Positions 1 to 11,783 of a stretch of 64,000 bases of DNA are shown piece after piece. The DNA lies in contig RHPI01001965.1 in the NCBI GenBank assembly GCA_009103225.1, forward strand, positions 139,114 through 203,113. The letters run 5' to 3'. Numbering within the stretch: the stretch's first letter is position 1; each line of letters opens with the position of its first letter. The notes under the pieces are model-generated. The model worked only from the letters and a program-made list of their open reading frames with translations, was not told the DNA's origin and did not search any database. Position numbers and translations under genes: made by a program. The stretch comes from Chlorokybus atmophyticus. Its lineage: Eukaryota; Plantae; Mesostigma and Chlorokybus algae.

Positions 1-342
1 ATACACTAAAGCAACACGCTGTTGCACAGGACATGCATAACAAGGTGCTCAACTTTGAGGTACGTCTGTCTGGTCAGATACTGTTTGCATGTGCTGTACA
101 AAAGCAGCACATGTAGGTTTAGTAGGGGGGCCAACTATGGCTTGCCTTAAGCCTGTCACTATATAGGTCAATGCACGTGCCAATGAGGTCACTTGTGTCA
201 GGTGCTTGGGGCTCTGCAGTCGGCAAAACAGGCAGGACTGATTGTATTGCAGTGCATGGACCTAACCCAAGGTGCGTGTGCACTCTGTGTAGTGGATTCC
301 TTCATATCAGAACGCTACTGTTAATGAAATTGAGACACCCAG

Positions 343-1751
343 ATGACCTGAAAGCCAAGGCGGGGCAGCATGCTAGCACCCTGCAAGCTGCATGGTCTGT
401 TGCCCGCCAAGCTGCCAACTCCCTGGTTGCCACAGGCTTCACGTTCTTTGGCAGGTTTGTGTTATGACCACAAGTGTTATGCGCAACCTGCCAGGTCCCC
501 CCTTAGTGGTCATGTATGCAAGTCAGTTAGATGGTTCCACACACTGACTTTGTATGTTGTTCATCAGCTTTTCAACAGCTTTCGGGCGCCTGCTTACAGG
601 CATTTTCTCCGCTTCTATGGGGATTCTTGCGACCATGGTGCACGCGATGGTCTTCTTTACGCTGCTGTTTTATCTGCTAGCAGCTGGTAGGCAGTATTGT
701 CGCAATACTACGTTGGCATCACACCTGCATGCTGTGAAGTTGACGGCTTCATCAGCTTTGAGCAATGCGTTGTGCTGTCATGCAGAAAAGCATCCGCTGT
801 CCTCAACTGTCAGTCTTCTCCCCATAAATGCATCTACACGGAGTGAACTGGAGCGTGCATTTGAAAAAGCGGTATGCGGCTATGAATGTGATGTTGTAAC
901 GCTTTCGGGCTTGAACCTGTTTCATGGGCGGCAGGTGCAAGGCGTGCTACTTTCATCTATGAAGTTGGTGGTTTTCAATTCAATGTTTACGTACCTGCTC
1001 TTCCACTGCTTTGGCATTCGATATTTGTGAGGGCTTTTGGCTGCACTGTCTTCTCGCTCATAGCTTTGCTCGCTTGGCACTGATCAGTCTGCAACCCTGG
1101 CAGATATGCTCTTACTGTCATGAGCGCGTTGTCAGCAATTCTGCCCTTGATACCGTCATGGTTGGTGGGTGCTGGCATGTGCTTGCATATATATTGCCTT
1201 GTGTTCTTTGCTGGCAGCATGCTACAAGTCGTTGTTCAAGCAGTGTGTTCAGTAATGAAGGAACTGAGCGTTTCTATCACTGGCACAGGTGTTGTTACCT
1301 GCAGCACTCCAGTTGGGTTTGCAAGGCAACAACGTTGCGCTGGTGCTGTTGGTGGTGATACATTTTCTTGTGCTTTCCCATGCGCATGAAGCTATCTTCA
1401 GAGAGATGGGCATTCACCCTTTTGTTACAGGTGGCTTGTTGAACAGTAATCCTGAATGCCCCACACGCTGTTAACATGTGCATGCAACCCGAACATATGC
1501 GTTTGTTGATAGGGCTGAGCATTATTGGCGGCATGTCAGTGTACAAGAACCCCATTGAGGTAAAGAACTACAGTTGGGCGTTTTCCATCTGCACAAATAT
1601 TGGCTGCACTGCATGCAGCCAGTGCTTTTGCGATTGTGTCCTCATGTATGTGCTGCTGCAGGGTGCAGTTATGGGGCCCATGCTGCTTACGCTGCTTACC
1701 GTTGGTGGCAATTTGTACTCAACTTATGTACTGAAGAATTCTGACAGCTGA
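343..1751 (+). CDS. TMEM245 / AI-2E-like multi-pass membrane protein, 3' part (multi-exon, 5'-partial)
   Basis: Successive hydrophobic exons with AG/GT ends: AFGRLLTGIFSASMGILATMVHAMVFFTLLFYLLA, VQGVLLSSMKLVVFNSMFTYLLF, SALSAILPLIPSWLV, EMGIHPFVTG, LSIIGGMSVY, GAVMGPMLLTLLTVGGNLY...NSDS* (stop 1749-1751). This resembles the TMEM245 C-terminus. Confidence 0.7.
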
Positions 1752-3505
1752 AGTCACCACGCCTGTACCCGTTGTACATATAAGCTACCGCCGCATTGGC
1801 TACTGGGCTAGGTGAGCCAACAAGAAGTTATTAGGTGATTGTCTACTAGTGGCGTAGAGAATGTATATGTGTGATTGTAGTTGCTGGAGTGTTTATTGTA
1901 GAGTGAGTGTGAGGAGTGTCGGTGATAGTAGGAATTGAGTTGAGTGTGAGGTAAAACTGAGACATGCCAAGCTGCAAATGATTCCGATTGGTAGGCTATT
2001 TATAATGCATACGGTGGCATGTCAATTATATAATCGTGACATCTGTTGGAGGTACCATCATCTGATCATGTTGTGAGCATAACTTGGCAGAATCATCGTC
2101 ATTGTGACATGTAATGGAACATAATGGGTTTGACATAATTTTGTGAAACATGTCAATGGCTTGGTTTATATGATTGCGGCAAGTATGGGCACAATACCTG
2201 AAACCCACTGCAGACACTATCTATGACCCATGGGTAGACCATGGGATACGGTTATTAGCATAACAACTTGTAACTTGTCAAAAAATCTAAGAAGCCAGAC
2301 ATGGTTAATCATACTAAACGCAACAATGAAAGTTGCATAATGCAACATGAGTTAACTTTGCATGTACCGTTTCTTCACATCCGTGTTAAGTTAACCGGAG
2401 TGAAATTTATTATGCAATTCGGATGCTTAATTAAAAAAATAACACTAACTTGTTACTTTGCAGTCAGGTGAAATGTAGCTATGGGAATACCAGCCGGTAT
2501 TGCAAAAGCCACACTTCATGCACATGAACTGGGTTTATGGCGCTAAAATCCCATTACACTAATTCATACAACAATTCTTCAACACGTCTTTTGCAACATG
2601 CTTGCATTGTTTAATGTCAACTAACTACATTCATGTCACCTTATACCGTTATCTATGTTTATTAACATTATAATATATGAGACACAATGAGAATTCAAGC
2701 ATATAATTGATAATTCTGACAGATTTCATACAAAATTTAATGCGCACGTGTACCATGTAGTTATAAGTGACAAGCTGAGTGAACAATACATTTGTACAAA
2801 AGAAACTAGTCTGTGAAACATGCATTACATAATCATTTATGCAAGCGTTTCGACCGAATGTACGAGTTTTGTGCATCCAGTCTTCATGTTGGCAAGACAG
2901 CTATGCAACAGAAACCTGCTGCTGTGCGACTGTGGTGTTAGGCCCGAACACCTCCGCTGGTTGCCTCCAGCTCTGTAAGACAGGCAGAGTACGATGCCTG
3001 TCTTACATCAATGGTGACACAACAGAGAAATAATGTTACTCGTGATAATTCATAATCCATGATGCAGCACATGACAAGCGTTTCGCGTTACTCCACTTCG
3101 TGAAAGTCCTGGACAGAGCCAAGTCGCCCTGCTGGGGTTCGGAGTCCCAAACCCGAGCAGGACGGAGACTGGGTGACTCTGCGGAGCGGGGTGGGGACTT
3201 AGCAGCAAAGGCATGAGCACGCTTGGCTGCAACCAACAGCTTCCTCAAGCTTGCAGCTCAGCTTGAGGCAGGAGCTGCTAGGGGTTGAGCGACAAAGCAG
3301 TTTTACGCAATCCTCCTGTGAAGTCAGGCTTTGCAACCCCAACTAGCTTCAGCTGTTGTGTTGCACTGTTCGAGCGCTGAGATGTGCTACTGGTGCTGTG
3401 TTGAACGCTGAGCGTACTGTAGGCGTCTTTGGCTCTGTCGTTGTTGGTGCCGTCGCCGTCGTTATTGTAGTTGGCACGCAGTCGTTGCCTGCATGAGGCG
3501 GCGAG

Positions 3506-6263
3506 ATGAACGTGTCGGCAAAGTCGCAACGCGGCGTGCAGTATATTGCCTTCAATCAAGACTACAGGTGAGTAAGGTGTGACGGTTAGTAAGCGCAACC
3601 TGACGCATTTGCTGTTCTCGTTACTGGGTCACCAGTGTTATCAGACCACTACTCACGTCGCATTCGCCTGCTTGCTTGCTTGTGACTAATTGTTCTGCTC
3701 GCTTGGTATCGTACTGCTGGGTTGATGTAGCCATTGCGTTGCAATGCTAGGCATACTTACTTGATGTGCATGTGGTATCCCAACCAGCTGCATTTCAGTG
3801 GCGACAAACCAAGGGTTTAAGATTTACAACTGTGCTTCAGGCGCGCTTTGCTACTCCAGATGTGAGCTAGCTAAGCTGTTCACGTCAAACTTGTCTTTGT
3901 GTTCTCGCTTGTGCATTCACTGATGAAAACTATGTTGCACAGCTGATGGCGCCATACGCATTGTGGAGATGTTGTTTTGCACCAGCCTTGTAGTTTTGGT
4001 TGGCGCAGGCCATCAGGTATGTTCAGTTTAGCATGCACACAGCTTCTACATACGCTGAATGTTGCACTGCAATCGTGCGCGTGTGTGTGCATGAGCGCGT
4101 GTGTGCAACTGCAACTGCAACTACTCCTGGTGGCATTATTAGTGCCCATAGCTCATAAGTTGCATGGCTGCAGCCGGCGCTATCCCCGCGCGTATTGACG
4201 GTGTTCAACACAGCCACCAACACAGCCATTGCCAGCCTCAGCTTCATGTCCGTCATCCTTGCTGTCAGACTCAACCGCAAACGGTAATGCTGTGTCTATA
4301 GCATACAGGCTTGAACTCACCGTTTTATAAAACAGTCTTACTGTTATGTGTTGACCACTGTGCACGCACCTGCAACCTTATGTGCGGTTGCCCCTGTTTG
4401 CTCAGTGGGTCAACACAGATACACTTGCTCGTTACGTCCAGCTCCTCTTGTGCCACTAGTCCAGTTTGTATTGTATTGTATGCTTACCAGCAATACGCAA
4501 CCTATCAGCCGCACAGGTATGCAACAATCCAAGCTTGTAGCAACAAGTACACATGCACGCGAGCATGTGCGCTCATGTGCGTGTGTGCATGCGCATATGT
4601 AAACACGCTCGTTTGTGTGTTTGTGCATTCATGTGTACATATGCATGCAATCCCGCTTGCCCTTGCGCACATCTGTGTCCAGATGCATGTAAACTGTGTG
4701 TGTGCGAGTGTTGACTACGGTGGCTAGTAGCATTGCAAGTGCTGAGTTTGGTTGCTAACAGGCTGGTAGTTGTGTTGGAGGGCAAGGTGAGTGTCCTGGA
4801 CCTGTCCTCCTTGCGCGTGCTGCAGGTCCTGGACACACCCCCAAACACCAAAGGCAAGTCTTGGGACCCAACGAGACAAGTCCCTCTCTGGCTGTTGATT
4901 GCTCTACATGCCGATCTACCTGCCAACAGCTACCACTGTCGTCATGCACTTGCGCTCAGTGTGTAACATCATCTTCATGTGCAGGGTTGTGCGCACTTGC
5001 ACCTAGCAGTGAGAACTGCCATCTTGCCTTGCCCGCAGAGGAACGTGGCGGGTCCGTGCTCGTTTACGACGCTTTGCATTTGCAAGCCCTTTGTGAAGTA
5101 TGTCAGCGAAACTAGTGTCATGCAAGCGAGCGCAAAGCGTTACGGAAGCACTTAGTGTGGCAATGTACCCTTGCGCAGATACAAGCCCACAAGTCTACGC
5201 TGGCTGCACTCACGTTTTCTGCTGATGGCACACTGCTGGCAACGGCTTCAGAGAAGGGGACTGTCATTCGTGTTCATCGCGTGCCGCAAACCACCAAGGT
5301 GTGTTGCACTGGTTGCTGTTGACTGTACGTCCATCTAGTCATGCGTGCAGGCGTGGGTGTGGGCATGCACGTATGCATATGTGTGCGCATGCAAGCACCC
5401 CTGTGCGCGGCCCCCCATACGCGTGCGCACGTGCGTGCGTGCGTGCATGTGCATTCGCGTGCGTGCACACACATGTGCATTCTGTTGAATCGCACATTTA
5501 TGCAGGAGTTCGCTTTCAGGAGGGGAACGTACCCAGCAGCGATATACTCGCTTTCATTCAGCCCAGCCTCCCCGTTGATGCCGCCGCTGCTGTGCGCTGC
5601 AAGCGATGCCGGCACCGTACACTTGTTCCGCTTAGACGGCGTGAAGCCCAAAATGTAAGGTTACTGTTTTGTAGTGAATGTCCATCAAGGTTGTGGCAGC
5701 CAATTAACCTCTTGCTTGTTATTAGTGGCGCCGGTAGTGGATTTTTAGCAGCAGTAGTGCCATCATCCGCGATGGAACCCGCCGTCCGCAGCGCCGCGTC
5801 ACTGAGGCTTGCGGACCCTCGCGTGCCGTGCTCGTGTGCGTCTGTCGCGTTCGACGCTGGCGACAAAGAGCATGAAGTGGACGAGCAGGCCAACTTGTAC
5901 GGCAGCATATTCGACGTCGCACGCAGCCAGCTTGTTGAAGCCGAAGGCAAAGAGTATGTACAAGCAGTCTCGATGCCACACGAGTCAACCATACATGGCG
6001 ACAGTTCACCCGATGAGAGGTGAGCTTCAACGCCCTTAAGACGATGTAGTATTCAGTGTGATTGTGAGAGGTTGGGCTTTGTTCTTACATGCTATGCTGT
6101 GTCAAATAGACTGCGAGCACTGTTGGTTTCGGCGGATGGGATCTTCTATGAGTATTGTGTAAACTTGCAAGCTGCGGGTTCGCAAGGGGCCGGCTGCACG
6201 CTGGAGCGGGAAGTGGTGCTTGTCGACAGCGTATCTGAACAGATCTCCGCTCGCTTTATGTGA
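3506..6263 (+). CDS. ATG18: Autophagy-related protein 18 (PROPPIN WD40), multi-exon
   Basis: [20 protein letters not shown] start; exons [49 protein letters not shown] and the phosphoinositide-binding [18 protein letters not shown] (FRRG) motif; ends QISARFM*. Confidence 0.93.
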
Positions 6264-7008
6264 ATGTGTTCCGGCACCTTGGTATGCACATTGCTGGGGC
6301 GATGATGTGCGAATGATGCTGGGTTTGTATAGGTATTGTGTATAGAGAGCCACAACATGTTAAAATGCATGTTAAAATGCAGTGCGCCAATCATGCAGCG
6401 GCCGATGAGCGATATGTTACACATGATGTATGCATGACTGTACTTGCAGTCAGTTGACATGTGGTGCAGTGTGCAAATGCAACAGTCATTGCAGTAGGTG
6501 TGGTCCAGAGCATTTACACAAACGGCGTGGTTGTGCTGGTTCACTCACACTCTAGTGGTGCCATTGATGAGGATACAGTCGTTTATGTTTGCCTGCCAAG
6601 TCCAGTATGCATGCAATACACCGGTTCGCAGCTTCCACAAGCCCAACCGCACAACCCTTGCATCAACCATGTGTCATTGACTGCTACGCCTGCTATACAA
6701 TACATGAACACTGTTGGACTGTGATGATGTCAAGGTGACAACTTGCTGCAGTAATGTATGGAACTAGACAAAGAGTTACTTTGATATACAACATGCAGAG
6801 ACGGAGGATCCAGACAACCTGCTGCCTCACACAACAACCAGAGCATACAAGACCAGTTGCGTTGTACAATGAGCTTTTGTACGAAAACAGGTCCAAAATG
6901 TCGCTGGCAGTAAGCACTGCACTAAGCCTGCTACTTCTACACAATGGCTTCCAGGAAATACGTCATGGCTATGATCGCCACACCTGCATGCATGATTCTG
7001 CAAGATGT

Positions 7009-7587
7009 CTAGTTGATGGTGACCTCAGTTGTCTTGGGCGGGTCCTCGCGGCGCTTCTGCACGGAGATGGTCAGGACGCCGTTCTCATGCTTGGCAGTGA
7101 TCTTGCTGGGGTCAGTGTTCTGAGGCAGGCGGAAGCTGCGCTCGAAGCGGCCGTAGCTCCTCTCCACTCTGTGCCAGTTGTCACCCTCTTTCTTCTCCTC
7201 CTGCACACATGCACACAGACAGCAATCAGCAACAATGCGACACATACACCTAGTTCATGTACAACAATCCCAGACCAAGTCTACCGCAAACAGCACCACT
7301 CATGCAGTTTGTAACAAGACAATCACAGCACTAACCTGTTTACGCTCGCCGCTGATGCTGAGCACTCTCCCATCCAGCACCTGCACCTTGATGTCCTCCT
7401 TGTTCATGCCAGGGACGTCCGCATGGAACTCAAAGGCGTCCTTCTTCTCCACCACGTCTACACTGGCGGTAGGCACACGAGCCACAGCGTTTGCAGCAGC
7501 GCCTCCTCTCAGGACGTCAAACAGACTGTCGAACTCCCGAGGCATACCAAGCTCCCACTCCCGACCAAAGAAAGGAGACAGCGCCAT
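7009..7587 (-). CDS. HSP20: Small heat-shock protein A (HSP20, 'MALSP' subtype), 2 exons
   Basis: [16 protein letters not shown]...[28 protein letters not shown] | intron 7201-7335 | [28 protein letters not shown]...[11 protein letters not shown]...EVTIN*; complete alpha-crystallin domain. Confidence 0.96.
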
Positions 7588-8276
7588 GCTTGCTACTGAT
7601 GCTCACACACAACAGCACTCACTGGCACAGACCAGTCTGCTCAAGTCTTGATGCACTAGACTGCAACTGCTACTTGTAAAAAGTTCCCCAAAACACACGC
7701 ACACGTGACAGCGCAATCAGATACCCCATGTGCAATTACCTCCCTGCTTATATCCCTGACAGTGCCGCCACAGTCGCCGCCCGGCTTCTTCTAGAGCAGT
7801 CTAACCGCGGTCGAGACTCTCAGACTGGAAGCTTCTGGTCCGTTCTGTTCAATCTGTTCGACGCTAACCGGAGCGCGAGAAAACCAACCGACTTGCGGGC
7901 CCAATGCTGCGGAATTGGCTGCCGACGAGACCAAATTGGAGTTTCTCACAAGGGTTGATGAAAGGCCATTGTAAATTTGCAAAAGGTTGGACAAACAGCA
8001 CTGTGGTTAGTTGACCCTGAACAGTGGCACAGGACAGAGCTTTCCACAGTGTTCTGTGCGCAGTGTGCTGCTCAGAGCCGCACTGCAGCCCACGTGGCAG
8101 AGCGTTTCAGACGGCAGCGGCGCCGGCAGAGCCCAGGAGATACAGGTGAAGCGCCTTGTCCTCAATTATGTGACAAGCTGCGCGTCTGTGTCGTAGCTGC
8201 TGTGAGGCATCAGAGCTTGCTGCTGTCAGCGTAGTGCTGCTGGTTGCTGCAGGTGCTGTTGCTGCAGAGTGAAGCT
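7588..8276. promoter_or_regulatory. Bidirectional sHSP promoter 1 (HSE, G-box, TATA)
   Basis: GAAgcTTC at 7828-7835; TATAAG on the minus strand near 7747-7752; GGTTAGTTG 8005-8013; CACGTG 8091-8096; collinear with the reverse complement of 23811-24530. Confidence 0.8.
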
Positions 8277-8845
8277 ATGGCGCTGTCTCTTTTCCCTGGC
8301 ATGTGGGAGCTTAGCATGCCCTCAAGCGACTTGGACCAGCTTGTCAACGCCTTGATGCGGCCTTCTCAGGAGGACGGAAGTCAGATCACCCGCATGCCAA
8401 CAGCCAGTGTGGATGTGGTGGAGACCAAGGACGCCTTCGTGTTCCATGCGGACGTGCCTGGCATGAAGAAGAAGGACATCAAGGTTCAGGTGCTGGACGG
8501 GCGCGAGCTAAGCATCAGCGGCGAGCGCAAGCAGGTAGATACCACAAGTGCTATGCCTGCAGTTGACTGCTATAATGTTTGCACACTGCATATTTTGTGC
8601 TTCTCAAGTTGCTGCCTATCCCACATGTGTTAGGCAGGTTGTTTGTTGAATACTTGTTCACTCACTGCCATGCGCAGGAGGAGAAAAATGAGGGTGACAA
8701 CTATCACAGAGTGGAGAGGAGCTATGGCCACATTGAACGTGCATTCAAGCTGCCTCAGAACACCGATCCCAGCAAGATCACCGCCAAGCATGAGAACGGC
8801 GTCCTGACCATCTCGGTGCAAAAGCGCAAGGAGGAGCCGCCCTAA
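8277..8845 (+). CDS. HSP20: Small heat-shock protein B ('MALSL' subtype), C-terminally truncated and probably decaying
   Basis: MALSLFPGMWELSMP...ISGERKQ | intron 8535-8677 | [28 protein letters not shown]...KRKEEPP*. TAA at 8843-8845 is followed in frame by T-N-A-I-N-I-E-TAG (8846-8869), the relic of the paralogues' KTTAINIE tail. Confidence 0.92.
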
Positions 8846-9748
8846 ACCAATGCCATCAACATAGAATAGGCACTGAGCTGATATCGTGGAGGACAGCATG
8901 CTACACACACTTGCAGTTTGAAGTTTGGAGTAGGGTGCATGTAGGGTAGATCCCATCATCATCGCGCAGCTGTAGCATAAAGTTAATACCTCGTTTGCCA
9001 CTTGACGTGCAGCTATTGTAAATATAACAAGATTTGTTGTCAACAAAGTGCTCAAGCGACTGTCAACACTGTGCTAGAAACATTGAGACGCTCTTGCATC
9101 TGTTTCAAATGTGCGACAAGTTGTTGTTGTTGCCTACCTGGCCTACGGCACGCTTGCAACTCCAAGTTTGTTTGCATTTGGCGCCCTACACCTTGATTAC
9201 CACAACCTGCACAAGCTACTCTTGTTGTTTACACGCTTGTTGGTTACACACACAGTGCAGCATGCTTCAATACACCCCAAGCAGCAAGTTACAGCAACAA
9301 CGTTGTGGCTGTCGCAGCTTGATTCAAATTTTCAACAATACTAAATTTTTGCAGTATCCGTTGCATGCCAGCTACTGGCTAAACACATGTCCATGGAGCG
9401 ATCGTTGTTACCTCTTCGCTGTGGTCGTGGACAGTATGAAACACGATGCACCACGCAGAAGTAGGCTTGCCACTGAACCCGATGGTTGCCAGATACGCAG
9501 TTGCAGCGCCCGCTTGCACCACATCCTGTGTTAACAACTCATCAACAGTCGGACTGGCGCAGTTTGACGCTGCACATGTTGATCAATGATCAGAATTAGT
9601 TGCCAAGTGCACACGGCTCAAACCAACAGATTCGTGTACGGGTCATCCATGCAGTCATGCGTACGCACACAACTACATGCGCGCAGGCGGACTCAAGGAT
9701 GTATGTCCGCACACGAACGCACAGATGTACGCACGTGCACACATACAG

Positions 9749-9750
<2 letters not shown>

Positions 9751-9800
<50 letters not shown>
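9751..9800. repeat. (AC)25 microsatellite
   Basis: Perfect dinucleotide run between sHSP B and sHSP C. Confidence 0.97.
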
Positions 9801-9805
<5 letters not shown>

Positions 9806-10009
9806 GACACTCAGGTACACGCACACGCACGCACTCTCACACTGTGCCCGCGTGTGCATTCATGCTGTTTGCCATGGCACCTCTTTCGACCTTCAAGCGT
9901 TCAAGAGATAAACAATGCCATTCACTCAGTCCTGAGTGATTAGGGCCACCTTTGTCCCTACATGCAGCAATGAGGGCCGCCAGATAAGCTGCACAGTGAC
10001 GCCGCGGCG

Positions 10010-10235
10010 TCACGTGACAGACACAAACCCAAACGGAAGTCACAAGCCAAACACGAAGCTTCCGCCGACCGTCGTTCGCGTTCTCCCGATTGTTCCATGG
10101 TAGCTTGTAAGATGGAAGTTCCACCCCACTGACGCGAAGCAAGGGACGCTTCCGGAACAGCCGTTTGCACCGGAAGCTTCCTTCCCGCACGTCGCTGGGC
10201 TCTAGAAGGGCGGCGGCAGTGTCGGTATAAGTATC
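10010..10235 (+). promoter_or_regulatory. HSE array, G-box and TATA upstream of sHSP C
   Basis: CACGTG 10011-10016; GAAgcTTC 10055-10062 and 10173-10180; TTCcgGAA 10150-10157; TATAAG near 10225. Confidence 0.8.
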
Positions 10236-10424
10236 TGTCTCCTGTACCACTGGAGCACCTCAGCTGTGGGCGAGCAAAGGAGTGTATAAGTGTTGAAAGG
10301 GTACTGCTTAGTGAGGAGTGCGCTGTGAGCAAGTCAGTCAGCAAGTGGCGGCTGCAGGCTTGCAGTAATTGTGTGTACGAGAGGCTTCTTCTCCCGTCGG
10401 TGTCACACCCACTGCAAGGTAGCT

Positions 10425-11125
10425 ATGGTCAACATGGCGCTTTGGGAGGTGGCGCTGCCGCTGGAAGACTTCCTGCTGGTGGACGAGAAGCCCAGGAAGA
10501 ACCATGTGCACACGCACAGGCACAAGGAGAAGACGCTGCATAGCGACCACGGCACACCCGCAATGATGGCAACCAGTGTGGACGTGGTGGAACGGCCTGA
10601 CGCCTTTGAGTTCCATGCAGGTACTTTAGGGTGCAAAGTGTGGCATGCACCTATTTTGTTGTTGAGCCACATGCATGGTGTGTATGCTGATGACAACTGG
10701 TTGGCAAGATAATTGCCTCTAGCTTGCAGTAGGCGCTCAAGCGCATGAACTGTTGTGCAGATGTACCCGGCGTTAGCAAAGAGGACCTCAGTGTTCAAGT
10801 CTTTGAAGGGCGAGTGCTCAGTATCAGTGGCAAACGCAAGAGGGTGAGTGTGCCTTACTCCGATACCATGCACACAGAGTGGCGGTTGTTTTGATCAACA
10901 CTAACAGTTGCTCACACGTATGTGCATTTGCAGGAAGCGAGGCAAGAGGGTGACAGGTTTCACAGAGCTGAGCGCAACTTCGGCGAGTTCGAGCGGAGGT
11001 TCAAGCTGCCAAAGCTGGTGGACGCCAGCAAAGTTAGCGCGAAGCATGACAATGGAGTTTTGACCGTGTCTGTGGCGAAGCACAAGGAAGTGACGCCCAA
11101 AGCAATCACTGTTGAAGTTCAGTGA
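10425..11125 (+). CDS. HSP20: Small heat-shock protein C ('WEVALPL' subtype), 3 exons
   Basis: MVNMALWEVALPLEDF...VDVVERPDAFEFHA | [28 protein letters not shown] | EARQEGDRFHRAERNFGEFERRFKLP...[11 protein letters not shown]...AITVEVQ*. Confidence 0.94.
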
Positions 11126-11694
11126 TGGGCCTTGTTTGCAGTCGGCAAGACTGATGTGCTCTACTGTTTTTGTACATAGCTTTGCCAGAACAAATTGAAA
11201 TGATACAAAGTCTCTCCTGGCTCTCTACAAAGTCCTTCTGTCTCAATAGTTGCCTGCATTCTGCTTGCGTAGCATTGCGTGTGCGTGCGTGCGTTGTTGG
11301 TGGGAAGTTCTGTATGTGGGTGTATGGGTGTATGTACTCACGCACGTACGTTTGAGTGTGCGTGTGTGCATGTTTAAAATTCCATACTGTGGTGGTGGGT
11401 GGGGGTGGGGGTGGGGGTGGCGGGGAGTGGGGGCCTTCTAGTGTGCGTGTGTGCACCTCTGTGCGTATGCCTGCGCGTCTGTCTGTGTGACTATTAGCGG
11501 GTGCGTGCGTGTGCAATTAGTATAATAGGTGTACTCCGTGTGTTGTATACGTGTTTGTCCCCCCGAACTCTGATCCGACATGTTGAACATGCTTTGTGCT
11601 GCTGTGTGAACATTTACCACGACCACGTGTACGGGCCAGATCACTGGCTTGTCATCCACAACTACCGTGACATATGCGCACAATCGGCGTATGA

Positions 11695-11783
11695 GCGCAT
11701 TGTTCAGTGCTGAGCAACTCGGAGTTGCTCAGCACTGAACAATGCGCCAACTTTGTTGTGGACGAGTCGTCCAAAACAAAGTT
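11695..11783. repeat. Two tandem inverted repeats: a perfect 26-bp-arm palindrome and a 17-bp-arm hairpin
   Basis: gcgcattgttcagtgctgagcaactc-g-gagttgctcagcactgaacaatgcgc (11695-11747, no mismatch), then aactttgttgtggacga-g-tcgtccaaaacaaagtt (11749-11783, one mismatch). Confidence 0.95.

Noticed and set aside
1980-2880. AT-rich tract between TMEM245 and ATG18, with an ACCCATGGGT palindrome and Cys-rich short ORFs; possible transposon relic
   Set aside because: No terminal repeats, TSD or recognisable transposase/RT motif could be identified by eye.
3036-3598. Minus-strand ORFs upstream of and overlapping the ATG18 start
   Set aside because: No convincing ATG context, splice chain or family motif; likely promoter/UTR.
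6754-7651. Long ORFs antisense to sHSP genes (also near 23109-23823, 24218-24781, 52928-53716, 54338-54713)
   Set aside because: Shadow ORFs caused by GC-rich codon usage on the coding strand; they recur at each paralogue.
11391-11433. G-run tract able to form a G-quadruplex downstream of sHSP C
   Set aside because: Real low-complexity sequence, but it has no counterpart downstream of paralogue F and no sign of function.
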